The notes below the pieces were generated by a model. It saw only the letters and a program-made list of their open reading frames with translations, searched no databases and had not been told where the DNA came from. This document shows, piece after piece, positions 9,744-18,832 of a stretch of 64,000 bases of DNA; the first letter of the stretch is position 1, and each line of letters starts with the position of its first letter. The translations under genes and the position numbers were made by a program. The DNA lies in contig CAWBZB010000004.1 of NCBI GenBank assembly GCA_963793105.1, positions 156,210 to 220,209 on the forward strand, read 5' to 3'. The DNA comes from an uncultured bacterium. Its GTDB lineage: Bacteria > Actinomycetota > Actinomycetes > S36-B12.

Positions 9744-10619
9744 CTAGGGACCCGCCTCGCCAGAGACGACCAGGCAGCGACCACCGCGGCCCTTCGCCGC
9801 ATGCATGGCGCGTCGTGCCCTCGCACACGCATCAGCGAATGCGGTCCCCTCCGCCCAGGATGCGACACCCATCGACATCGTCGCGGGCACCAACCCCGCG
9901 TCCGTCCGAATCGGGTGTGCGTTCACCTTGTCCGCGATGACCTCGAGCGTCGGCATCGCACTCTCCATGTCCCCGGCCATGACGACGAGGAACTGACCGC
10001 CGTCCCACCGCGCCACGGTGTCCGCGTCTGCCAGCGCGTACCGGGTCCGGCCCGCGACAGCGAACAGGAAGGTGTCCCCGATGCCACGCCCGTATGCCGC
10101 ATTCACTCCGGCAAGGTCGTCGAGGTCGATCAGGGCGACGACATGGGGGCCGGGACCCGCGCCGTCGGCGAACAATCTCGTCACCCGGGTGCGGGTGGGC
10201 AGGCCAGTGAGATCGTCGGTGTCGCTCGCCGCGTCCGTCACGGTCACGCGGGCCGGCACGGGAGAGCGCGCGGGACGCGTCGGCGTCGGCATCGGCCGGC
10301 GGACCCGCACCTGGCTCACGATGACGGCGATCGCGGCCCCGAGGATCACGCCCAGCAGTACCGCCGTTGCCTCGGCGAAGGACTGGCCGTAGGCGGCCCC
10401 AGCAGTCACGACCGCCGTGCCGACGGTGGCTGCGGCCACGATGACCGTCACGAGGACCGAGGCGAACGCTGCCGCGAACATCGGCACGGCAACCATGAAG
10501 GAGATGGCGGCGGCTGGCTGCTCGGCGTTCACGCCCACGAGGCTGAGCACCACCAGCGCGAGGAGCGGGAGCGCAAGGCCGATGATCAGGCTCGGACCGC
10601 CACTGACCTTCACCGTCAC
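9744..10619 (-). CDS. membrane-anchored protein with a degenerate GGDEF domain (motif DGGQF)
   Basis: ORF 9744..10619. About 4 N-terminal TM helices, then LIDLDDLAGVNAAYGRGIGD ... ARWDGGQFLVVM, so the GG(D/E)EF signature is not conserved. Confidence 0.75.
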   Translation of the reverse strand: MTVKVSGGPSLIIGLALPLLALVVLSLVGVNAEQPAAAISFMVAVPMFAAAFASVLVTVIVAAATVGTAVVTAGAAYGQSFAEATAVLLGVILGAAIAVIVSQVRVRRPMPTPTRPARSPVPARVTVTDAASDTDDLTGLPTRTRVTRLFADGAGPGPHVVALIDLDDLAGVNAAYGRGIGDTFLFAVAGRTRYALADADTVARWDGGQFLVVMAGDMESAMPTLEVIADKVNAHPIRTDAGLVPATMSMGVASWAEGTAFADACARARRAMHAAKGRGGRCLVVSGEAGP

Positions 10620-10691
10620 CCCCGGGCCGCCATGATCACTCGGACACCGCAGTGTGGCAGTCGGACGCGCCGCCGGCCGGCGGCGACGTCG

Positions 10692-12659
10692 TCAGGCCGG
10701 CCAGATCTTCCGTCCGCCGCCGGGGGCGACGATCGCGTCGACCGCGGCGCTCTCCGCCGGCGTGAGCAGTGGCGCTCGCCCGGCCGCGGCGTTCGCGGCC
10801 GCCTGCCGACCGTCCCGGGCGCCCGGGATGACCGTGCTCACCGCCGTGTGGCTGCGGACGAACCGGAGGGCGAACTCCGCCATCGTCTGGCCCTCGGGAA
10901 CCACGGCACGCAGGGCCTCCACGACCGCCAGGTCCGCGAGGTACTGCGTGTTCTGCTCGGGATCCTCGATCCAGGCCTTTCGGAAGTCGTCATCCGCGAA
11001 CGCCTGGTCGGGCCCGAACTTCCCGGCCAGCAGTCCCATGGCGATGGGCCCACGGACGATGACGCCGATCCCGTTGGCCTCGCAGTAGGGCAGGATCTCG
11101 GCCTCTGCCGTCCGGTTCAGGATCGAGTAGTCGGTCTGCAGCACGTCGCAGTCGCCGTCGGCGTTGAAGTACTGGAGCAGGTCCATGCGACTGGTACTGA
11201 CCCCCCAGGCACGAACCTTGCCCTGCTGCTTCAGCAGGCGGAAACCCTCGATGAACACGTCCGTGTTCGGCTCGCGGTAGTCGATATGGCACTGGATGAC
11301 GTCGAGCACGTCGGTCTGTAGGCGACGCAAGGAGCCCTCGACCCCCGCGACCAGCCGGTCGACGGAGTCGTACTGAGAATGGTCGGCGTCGCGATCGAAG
11401 TCGATCCAGCCGATCTTGCTCGCGACGATGAAGCGGTCCCGTCGTCCGGCCATCGCCTGGCCGAGCAGTTCCTCGGAGTGACCAGCGCCGTAGACGTCAG
11501 CGGTGTCGAAAAAGGTGATGCCCGCATCGAGCGCCACCTCGATGGCGTCCAGGGAGCCCTGATCCTCGACCGGTCCCCACTCACTGCCGGCCACCGCCCA
11601 CAGGCCGAGCCCGACGTCGGTCACGTCGATCCCGGAACGTGCCCCCAGCGGTCGTGTGCTCATCTCGCCGATGGCGCTCGTCATCGTCGGCTCCCTCCCG
11701 TGACACGACCACCGTACCCGCGGACGCCCGTCGATCGACGGCCGTGCCGAACTGCCCCGCCTCAGGCGAGGACCGCGATCGGCGGCGGCGGCCGACGTCG
11801 TCCCACGCGTTCCGCGCCGATGCCAGCGAACGACCACGAGGACCATGCCGGCCACCTGCCACAGTCCGGGCACCTGCGACAGCAGGACCGCACCCCACAT
11901 CGTGGCGAAGGCCGGCTCAAGGGCCATCAGCGTCCCGAACGCCGCCGCCGTGAGGCGTCGGAGCGCGACCAGCTCGAGAGCGAAGGGGATGACCGGCAGG
12001 AGGATGGCGAGGCCGATCGCCTGGAGGATGACCGCCCCCGTGATGTTGCCCCACGCCTGGGGGATGCCGACCACGCTCGAGGCGATCGCGGCCACCGGGA
12101 TCGTGACGGCCAGCGCCTGGATGCCGCTGAAGCGGTCGCCGACCGCCTGGGTGAGGAGGATGTAGGTCGCCCAACCCGCAGCCGCGACGAGCGCCAGTAG
12201 CACGCCGACCAGGTCCACCTCGCCGTGCCAGGGCTCGGTCAGGAGGAGCACCCCCGTCAACGCCAGCGCGGGCCAGAGCAGGCTGCTGCGGCTGTGCGAA
12301 CGGAAGACGGCGACGCCCAGTGGGCCGAGGAACTCGATGGCCACCAGGGTGCCCAGCGGGATGCGATCGAGGGCGAAGAGGAACGCCACCGTCATCACGC
12401 CCGTGACGATCCCGAGCAGGATCGCCACACCGAGGTCGCGACGGGAGAAGGACCTCAGGCGCGGGCGGACGATCGCCAGGAAGATGACGCCGCCCGCGGT
12501 CAGGCGCAGCCAGGCGGTCCCGCCGGGACCGACATCGTCGAACAGGCGAGTGGACAGCGCCGCGCCCAGTTGGATGGTGAGGATGGCGGCGACAGCCAGC
12601 CCCCACGCAGGCACCCGGTCGGTCACGGGGGCCGAGGCTACGCCTACGGGCGACGTCAC
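10692..12659 (-). CDS. single 655-codon ORF: EamA/DMT 10-TM transporter read in frame into an aldo/keto reductase
   Basis: Codons 1-~290 are EamA-like. A ~48-codon Arg-rich linker follows. The AKR then begins MTSAIGEMSTRPLG... at ATG 11684, preceded by gggagggag (motif GITFFDTADVYG). No in-frame stop separates the two parts. A +1 frame would stop at 11762-11764. Confidence 0.7.
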   Translation of the reverse strand: MTSPVGVASAPVTDRVPAWGLAVAAILTIQLGAALSTRLFDDVGPGGTAWLRLTAGGVIFLAIVRPRLRSFSRRDLGVAILLGIVTGVMTVAFLFALDRIPLGTLVAIEFLGPLGVAVFRSHSRSSLLWPALALTGVLLLTEPWHGEVDLVGVLLALVAAAGWATYILLTQAVGDRFSGIQALAVTIPVAAIASSVVGIPQAWGNITGAVILQAIGLAILLPVIPFALELVALRRLTAAAFGTLMALEPAFATMWGAVLLSQVPGLWQVAGMVLVVVRWHRRGTRGTTSAAAADRGPRLRRGSSARPSIDGRPRVRWSCHGREPTMTSAIGEMSTRPLGARSGIDVTDVGLGLWAVAGSEWGPVEDQGSLDAIEVALDAGITFFDTADVYGAGHSEELLGQAMAGRRDRFIVASKIGWIDFDRDADHSQYDSVDRLVAGVEGSLRRLQTDVLDVIQCHIDYREPNTDVFIEGFRLLKQQGKVRAWGVSTSRMDLLQYFNADGDCDVLQTDYSILNRTAEAEILPYCEANGIGVIVRGPIAMGLLAGKFGPDQAFADDDFRKAWIEDPEQNTQYLADLAVVEALRAVVPEGQTMAEFALRFVRSHTAVSTVIPGARDGRQAAANAAAGRAPLLTPAESAAVDAIVAPGGGRKIWPA

Positions 12660-12839
12660 TCGTCACCAGTGCTCTGCCGCCTGTCGTCGGCGCCGGACCC
12701 GTGTTCATTGGACATCCATGAGATGGACATGCGGGCGATTGGGCGCGAGCACGGCACCCGTCGGCGAGCACAGTGGAGCCAGAGAGTCGCGACGAGGGGT
12801 GCGGGCGCGGGCGTCCTCACCCGAAGGGAAGTGAGGCAG

Positions 12840-13994
12840 ATGTCAAGGGCAAGGATCGCGAAGGCCGCCGTTCTCACCGGTGCGCTGATCTTGGCGGCAA
12901 TGGGGCCGGTTGTCGCCGCAGGAGGGACGGGTGGCGGAGCGGGGCCCGGCGCTCCAGGAGCAAGTCAGATCTCCGCCGATAGTGCCCCAGCCGCCGTGAT
13001 GGGCGCCGTGGCCGGCGTCGGCGGCGGAGCGGCAGCCGGCGGCGGACCGCCTGAAGGCGTCGGGAACGGAAAGCCCGACAACCCCGGCGGCGGTGGCGGC
13101 AAGCCCGGAGGCGACGAGACCTCAGGCAACAACCTGTCGTACCCGGTCGTGTACTCCGAGACCGCCTACCTTCCGCCTGTCGTACCTGTTGCCGTGCCGC
13201 TGTTCGAGGGCGTGGTTCTTCCGGGCGCCGATGGCACCTGCTACGGCGCAGTCCAGAAGGATCCGCTGAACCGGTGGACGGCAGATACCGAACTGGTGGA
13301 GGACAACGCGGTGACGGCCATCGACTGGGGCGACAACCTCGAGTCGAAGGATTGGCGCGCGGGGTCCGTCGTCAGGGTCGAGACCGGCCTGTACGACGAC
13401 GACGGCAACGCGGGCATGGACCAGTACGCAATGTGCTACATCAGCGGATCCGGCACCACCGAGGTGTGGGGCGCCACCGTGACAGGGACCGCGGGCGCCT
13501 ACAGTGCCACGCCATACGCCAGCGTTGACGCCATGGTCTACACCGGAGCGGCACGCCTGACGATCCAGTTGATCGATCCGGCGCAGGCCGGCACGATCAC
13601 GTGGGATCCCAACACTCACCAATGGACCGGTACCGGCGCGTATGACGTCGTCTTCAACGGCGCCACGTATGAGAAGGGTGACGGCCCCGGCTACTACGGG
13701 GCTGAGCTCAACGTGCAGGGGAAGGTCGTGTACGGGTACGTGTGGCAAACACGGGGTCTGGCGGCCGGAGAGTACCGGCTGACGGTCAGCCTCGACGAGT
13801 CGAACGCCATCTTCCCCGGGACGAGTCTGACCTTCGCAGGCGCCGACATCATGGTTCCCGTCGAGGAGACCACCGACGTCACGATCGCCGAGGAAGGCGG
13901 CGGCAACACCGCCTACGTCGGCACCGACGGCTACGAGAACCTGACCTACATCGACGTCGGTCTCACGACCGGCAGCGGAGGAGGGCGCAAGTAG
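12840..13994 (+). CDS. secreted hypothetical protein with a Gly-rich N-terminal low-complexity region
   Basis: In-frame part of ORF 12225..13994. ATG 12840 follows gaagggaagtgagg. Signal-like MSRARIAKAAVLTGALILAAMGPVVAAG, then poly-Gly/Ala/Pro, then a ~290-aa Tyr/Thr/Gly-rich domain I do not recognise. Confidence 0.6.
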   Translation: MSRARIAKAAVLTGALILAAMGPVVAAGGTGGGAGPGAPGASQISADSAPAAVMGAVAGVGGGAAAGGGPPEGVGNGKPDNPGGGGGKPGGDETSGNNLSYPVVYSETAYLPPVVPVAVPLFEGVVLPGADGTCYGAVQKDPLNRWTADTELVEDNAVTAIDWGDNLESKDWRAGSVVRVETGLYDDDGNAGMDQYAMCYISGSGTTEVWGATVTGTAGAYSATPYASVDAMVYTGAARLTIQLIDPAQAGTITWDPNTHQWTGTGAYDVVFNGATYEKGDGPGYYGAELNVQGKVVYGYVWQTRGLAAGEYRLTVSLDESNAIFPGTSLTFAGADIMVPVEETTDVTIAEEGGGNTAYVGTDGYENLTYIDVGLTTGSGGGRK

Positions 13995-14024
13995 TCCAGA
14001 TCCCGGGGCAATCGGCCCCGACCT

Positions 14025-14054
14025 GGTAGGCCCGGCCCCATCGCCGGGCCTACC
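14025..14054 (+). terminator. hairpin terminator after the secreted-protein gene
   Basis: ggtaggcccggc-cccatc-gccgggcctacc: perfect 12-bp stem, 31 nt after the stop. Confidence 0.55.
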
Positions 14055-14064
14055 ACGTTGTCGG

Positions 14065-14631
14065 GTGCCGGGCGGGGCGACGCCCCCCTACGATGCGGGC
14101 GTGGAGATCGAGACGGCACGACTGCTGCTGCGTCCACCAGCACCCACCGACGCCTCAGATGCACTAGCGATGCTGCTGGACCCCGAGACCGTGCGCTGGA
14201 ACCCGGCGGCGGAGGTCGTCGACGTGGCGACCGCCGAAGACTGGTGCGCCCGCATGGCCGACTGGTCGGCGGGCGACCATGCGACCTTCCATGCCCTCGA
14301 CGCGAGCACCGGATCGTTCGTGGGCTACGTGTCGATCTTCTCGATCGACCCCGAGCATCGAACCGCGCGGGTCGGGTACCGGATCGCCCCGGCGAGCCGA
14401 GGCCACCGCTTCGGCGCCGAGGCGCTGCGCGCCGTCACTGCCTGGGCGTTCGAGTCGCTCGCGCTCGAGCGCATCCAGCTCGAGCATGCGGTCGGCAACC
14501 CGGCCTCGTGCGCAGTGGCGACGTCAGCGGGATACCGGCTGGAGGGCGTCCTTCGCTCCTCGTTCCGTGCCGAGGACGGGAGCCGGCACGACGAGCACGT
14601 CCACGGCCGACTGGCAACTGACGCAGGGTGA
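14065..14631 (+). CDS. GNAT family N-acetyltransferase (RimJ/RimL-like)
   Basis: ORF 14065..14631. IETARLLLRPPAPTDA opening typical of RimJ-like GNATs, and an RGHRFGAEALRAV acetyl-CoA loop. An alternative GTG start lies near 14101. Confidence 0.8.
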   Translation: MPGGATPPYDAGVEIETARLLLRPPAPTDASDALAMLLDPETVRWNPAAEVVDVATAEDWCARMADWSAGDHATFHALDASTGSFVGYVSIFSIDPEHRTARVGYRIAPASRGHRFGAEALRAVTAWAFESLALERIQLEHAVGNPASCAVATSAGYRLEGVLRSSFRAEDGSRHDEHVHGRLATDAG

Positions 14632-14692
14632 TTCCTGTGACCCGCGAGTCCAGGGCTGGCCGAGCCTGGCTTCACGGCCGTAGGTTCGTGCC

Positions 14693-15352
14693 ATGACGGA
14701 CCGCATCAACTCCAGGCTCTTCCACGAGTCCGAGGGCATCGAGGACTGGCGCGTGCTCTACGGCAGGGCCTTCGCGCACTATCGAACCGGATCCTTCGCC
14801 GCGGGTGTCGCACTGGTAGAAGCGATCGCCGCGCTGGCCGAAGCGGCGAACCACCATCCCGACATCGACCTGCGCTACCAGGGCGTGACGGTGTGCCTGG
14901 TGACCCACGACGTCGGCGGCCTGAGCACCCGCGATGTCGACCTGGCACGGCAGATCTCGGTCGCGGCACGCGAGCTGGGCGTTCCCGCGGACCCGACCGC
15001 CGTCCAGCAGGTCAACCTCACGATCGACGCACTGGTCCGCGCCGACGTCATGCCGTTCTGGCGCGCGGTCCTCGGCTACCGCGACGAGGGTGACGAGGAC
15101 CTCGTGGATCCGCACGGCCGTGGACCAGGCGTCTGGTTCCAGCAGATGGACGTCCCCCGTGCGGAGCGAAATCGGATCCACCTCGACGTGGCCGTGCCGC
15201 ACGAGCAGGCTCAGGCGCGCGTGGATGCCGCACTGGCCGCGGGCGGGCGCCTGGTCAGCGACGAGCACGCGCCGTCCTGGTGGGTGCTGGCCGACGCGGA
15301 GGGCAATGAGGCGTGCGTGGCCACCTGGGTGGGTCGCTGGTGGGAGGAATGA
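14693..15352 (+). CDS. pterin-4a-carbinolamine dehydratase (PCD/DCoH) domain fused to a glyoxalase/VOC-like domain
   Basis: ORF 14693..15352. The N-terminal ~100 aa carry the HHPDIDLRYQGVTVCLVTH PCD motif. The C-terminal ~110 aa (FWRAVLGY ... IHLDVAVP ... VLADAEGNEACV) look VOC-like. Confidence 0.75.
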   Translation: MTDRINSRLFHESEGIEDWRVLYGRAFAHYRTGSFAAGVALVEAIAALAEAANHHPDIDLRYQGVTVCLVTHDVGGLSTRDVDLARQISVAARELGVPADPTAVQQVNLTIDALVRADVMPFWRAVLGYRDEGDEDLVDPHGRGPGVWFQQMDVPRAERNRIHLDVAVPHEQAQARVDAALAAGGRLVSDEHAPSWWVLADAEGNEACVATWVGRWWEE

Positions 15353-15380
15353 TCCCCGCGCACCCCGTCCGGGCCGTCGC

Positions 15381-15572
15381 TCAGGCCACCCGCTCCCACA
15401 CCACGATGGTGTTGCCCTCCTGGCTGTAGACGTGCGCCATGCGGTAGCCGTTGGCATGACGGTCGTTCGCCGCTGACGCGAACTTCTTCATGTTCACCGA
15501 GCCCTCATTGACCTCGATCTCGTAGAAGGGGCCATCCTTGCTGCCACCACTGAAGCCACCGATACCGAACAC
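15381..15572 (-). CDS. small hypothetical protein (63 aa)
   Basis: Within ORF 15381..15641. GTG 15572 is preceded by agaggagacg. Sequence VFGIGGFSGGSKDGPFYEIEVNEGSVNMKKF...VVWERVA. Family not confidently recognised. Confidence 0.45.
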   Translation of the reverse strand: MFGIGGFSGGSKDGPFYEIEVNEGSVNMKKFASAANDRHANGYRMAHVYSQEGNTIVVWERVA

Positions 15573-15653
15573 GTCCGTCTCCTCTGCCCGTCTGTGAGAT
15601 TGCCGATCGACTGGGTGCAATGGTGTCCCATGACCGCGCACCGATCGATGATG

Positions 15654-16484
15654 TCAGCCGTCGCTGTCGCCGTCACCACCCCTCGGATCGCGCACCACGA
15701 GAACCGAGCAGTGCGCGTGGCGGGACACGGCGCTGGCGACTGACCCCACCCATAGGCGCGACAGCCCGGTCAGGCCGCTGGTCCCGAGCACGACCAGGTC
15801 CGGGTCCTCCCTGTCCAGGTGCTCGAAGATCGTCACGCGCGGGTTGATCGTGAGGGCGAGCGGGTCGGGCTCCACCATGACCGGCGTCACGTTCGCGCCG
15901 GCCGCCGCCAGGACGTCGACCGCCTCCGCCACGCTGGCCGCCAGGTCGTCGTGTCCCTCCACCACGCCCAGGGCCGTGATCGACACTCCGGGGAGCCAGG
16001 GCATGCTCGCGAGGAAGTCCACTGCTGCGCCAGCGTGATGCGAACCATCGACGCACAACAGGATCGAACGTGTGGGCGTCGCCCGACGCGCGATCAGCAC
16101 CGGGGAACTCGGACACTGCAGCAGCCACTCGGCGGTGCTACCGAGATGGAGCGCCTTCAGCAGACCGTGACCACGCGGGCCGACCACCACGAGGTCCGAT
16201 CCAGGCCGTTGGCCCAGGACCAGTCGTGGATCGTTCTCCGCCGTCAGATGAGTGACCGACCGGAATCCGCACGACGCCGGCGCCAGTCGAGGGTCAGGTG
16301 GATCCCACGGACGCAGCTCGGTGTAGCCGAGCGGAGAGTCGGCGGTTCGGCCCTTCGGCGTCGTGACAGTCACCACCTCCACCGCCCACTGCGGCCATGC
16401 ATGCGCACCGATCCAGCCCCAGGCCACGTCGGCGCCGGCGGACCTGTCGTCGCCGAGGGTCAGTGTCCGCGTCGCTGTGTCCAT
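15654..16484 (-). CDS. tandem-domain universal stress protein
   Basis: ORF 15654..16511. ATG 16484 (MDTATR) follows aggaggg. Two USP halves, each ending in the G-x2-G-x9-GS(V/T) motif (GPRGHGLLKALHLGSTAEW; GTSGLTGLSRLWVGSVAS). Confidence 0.8.
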   Translation of the reverse strand: MDTATRTLTLGDDRSAGADVAWGWIGAHAWPQWAVEVVTVTTPKGRTADSPLGYTELRPWDPPDPRLAPASCGFRSVTHLTAENDPRLVLGQRPGSDLVVVGPRGHGLLKALHLGSTAEWLLQCPSSPVLIARRATPTRSILLCVDGSHHAGAAVDFLASMPWLPGVSITALGVVEGHDDLAASVAEAVDVLAAAGANVTPVMVEPDPLALTINPRVTIFEHLDREDPDLVVLGTSGLTGLSRLWVGSVASAVSRHAHCSVLVVRDPRGGDGDSDG

Positions 16485-16636
16485 GAGCCCTCCTGAACGT
16501 GGGTTGGGCAACGCTGTGTTCCCTCACCATCGATCACAGGGGCTGCGCGCGGGAAGGGGCCTTCGTCCTCGGCCTGGCAACCCACCTCCAGACGTGGCTC
16601 TTCGCGACGGCTCGACAACGGGGCCGAGGTCGGCAC

Positions 16637-17560
16637 TCAGCCGGACGTGGCCAAGTCGGCGAGGAGGCCGTACGTCCCTTCGGTTCCGACTCCGGTATCG
16701 AACGGAACCGCCCACACGTCTGTGACGCCATGCGCGAAGAGCCGCTCGATCCCCGACTCCACCTGGTGCTCAGAGCCCAGGATCGCGATGTCCTCGGGGC
16801 CGGCTACCCCCTCTCGCTCGAACAGACGCTGGTAGTTGGGCAGTTGCCGGTACCGAGCAAATGTCTCCGCAGCGGCACGACGTGCCCTGTCCTGGTCGTC
16901 GTCGACAGCGACGGGCACGGCGGCGACGACACGTGGCGCAGAGCGTCCGGAGCGTGCGGCGCCCTCGGTTACCGCCGGGATGATCACGTCGCTGAGGGAT
17001 CGAGGTCCCGCCAGCCACGTGGTCACCCCCGAGCACAGCTCTCCCGCAAGACGCGACATCCCGGGACCCAGAGCACCTACGAGTGTTGGGACGGGCTGCG
17101 TGCCGGGGACCGTGATCGCGCTATCCACCCGGTAGTGCGTCCCGTGAAAGGTCGAGGACCCCCCGTCCAGGAGCTGCCCCAGAACCGTTAGGTACTCGCG
17201 CAGGTGGCCGAGCGGGTCGGAGTAGTCCAAGCCGTGCATTCCCTCGATCACCGGACGATGCGACACCCCGACGCCAAGCACCAGCCGCCCACCCGCAAGC
17301 GACTGGACCGTGGCGGCCGCCTGCGCCAGGGCCACCGGGTGGCGGGGGTAGCTCGGAACCACTCCTACCCCGAGCTCGATCGACGACGTACTGATGGCGG
17401 CGGCTGACAAGGTCGTCAGAGCATCTATGCCTCGACTGAAGTGCGTGCACCACGCGGATGCGAAGCCGGCAGCTTCCGCTTCGACGGCTTCCCCCACCAC
17501 TTCAGCCGGTGACCGGGGAATCCCGACCGCTTCCGCTCCGATGAGGATCGACAGGCGCAT
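16637..17560 (-). CDS. LLM-class (luciferase-like) flavin/F420-dependent oxidoreductase
   Basis: ORF 16637..17560. Overall luciferase-like TIM-barrel pattern (GFASAWCTHF ... GGRLVLGVGVSH). Confidence 0.75.
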   Translation of the reverse strand: MRLSILIGAEAVGIPRSPAEVVGEAVEAEAAGFASAWCTHFSRGIDALTTLSAAAISTSSIELGVGVVPSYPRHPVALAQAAATVQSLAGGRLVLGVGVSHRPVIEGMHGLDYSDPLGHLREYLTVLGQLLDGGSSTFHGTHYRVDSAITVPGTQPVPTLVGALGPGMSRLAGELCSGVTTWLAGPRSLSDVIIPAVTEGAARSGRSAPRVVAAVPVAVDDDQDRARRAAAETFARYRQLPNYQRLFEREGVAGPEDIAILGSEHQVESGIERLFAHGVTDVWAVPFDTGVGTEGTYGLLADLATSG

Positions 17561-17825
17561 CTGGTCAACGTAGCGGCCACTCGGCCGGAACGCACCGGCC
17601 TCTCGCGACCGGACACCGGAGCAGTGCCGTCCCGACGGGACAGGGCACTCAGCTGGCGCGGCGGGATTCTGTCAGCGCGCCCCACGGCGCCGACCTTCCT
17701 CTCCGTCGCCCGGCGCTCTGTCCCGCCGGGCCGAAGCCGATAGAGGATCCGACCTCGACAGGCCGAGGCAGGCGGCGAGGCCGGCGTCTAGCGTCGATGC
17801 AGGCCGACACCCCGGAGGACGCCCA

Positions 17826-18698
17826 GTGCGCGAACGTGCTGTCACCTACGCGGACGTCTTCGATCTACGCATGGCCTTTGTCGAGTCAGGCAGCGGCGAC
17901 CCGATCGTCCTCCTGCACGGCAACCCGACGTCGTCCTACCTTTGGCGGCGAGTCATCCCTCACCTCGCCCCGCTGGGTCGAGTGCTGGCGCCAGACCTGG
18001 TCGGGATGGGGCGATCGGACAAGGTCCCTTTCCCAGGGCCAGCCTCCTACCGGTTCGCTGAGCATCGCCGATACCTCGACCGGCTACTCCAGTCTCTCGG
18101 AGTCGACCAGCGCGTGATCCTTGTGGGACACGACTGGGGCGGCGCGCTTGCATTCGACTGGGCTCGCCGCCACCCCGGCGCGGTCCGCGGCATTGCTCAC
18201 ATGGAAGCGATCATCGGCCCCCGATCGTGGTCGGAGGTGTCCGACGAGTTGCGCGAGTTCCTGCACGAGCTCAGGTCACCGAAAGGCGAGGAGTTCGTTC
18301 TGCGTGACAACGCCTTCGTCGAGCGCCTGCCATCTGTGACGTTCGAACTGACGGACGCAGATCTCGCCGCCTACCGTGCCCCCTACCTCGAGCCCGGCGA
18401 GTCCCGCCGCCCCACTCTCACCTGGCCTCGGGAGCTGCCGTTTGAGGGCGAGCCGCCTGAAGTCCATGCGGAGGCGGTGGCCTGGTCAGAGTGGATGGCG
18501 ACGAGCCCGATACCCAAGCTTCTGGTGCGAGCAGAACCTGGTGCGATTGTCACCGGTTCCGTGTTGGACCGATGTCGCAGGTGGCCGAACCAGACGGAGA
18601 TTTCGGTTCGGGCACGTCACTTCGTGCCCCAGGATGCAGGCGACGATGTCGGTCGGGCCCTCGCCGCCTGGATCGCCGAGCTGCCCCCCGCGTCCTGA
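17826..18698 (+). CDS. haloalkane dehalogenase-family alpha/beta hydrolase
   Basis: ORF 17826..18698. HGNPTSSYLWRRVIPHL and GHDWGGALAF motifs are characteristic of haloalkane dehalogenases, with a late His in ARHFVPQD. Confidence 0.8.
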   Translation: MRERAVTYADVFDLRMAFVESGSGDPIVLLHGNPTSSYLWRRVIPHLAPLGRVLAPDLVGMGRSDKVPFPGPASYRFAEHRRYLDRLLQSLGVDQRVILVGHDWGGALAFDWARRHPGAVRGIAHMEAIIGPRSWSEVSDELREFLHELRSPKGEEFVLRDNAFVERLPSVTFELTDADLAAYRAPYLEPGESRRPTLTWPRELPFEGEPPEVHAEAVAWSEWMATSPIPKLLVRAEPGAIVTGSVLDRCRRWPNQTEISVRARHFVPQDAGDDVGRALAAWIAELPPAS

Positions 18699-18832
18699 GG
18701 TCGGAGGCGCCCGGGCGACATCTCCGTGTCAACCGGCACCTGCTCCGACTCTGGCCTGACCAACCGTCGCACCAAGACCGGCTTCGTCGGCAGCGGTCAG
18801 GCTGGTCCATCCACAGTCCGACGCCTCGGGGT

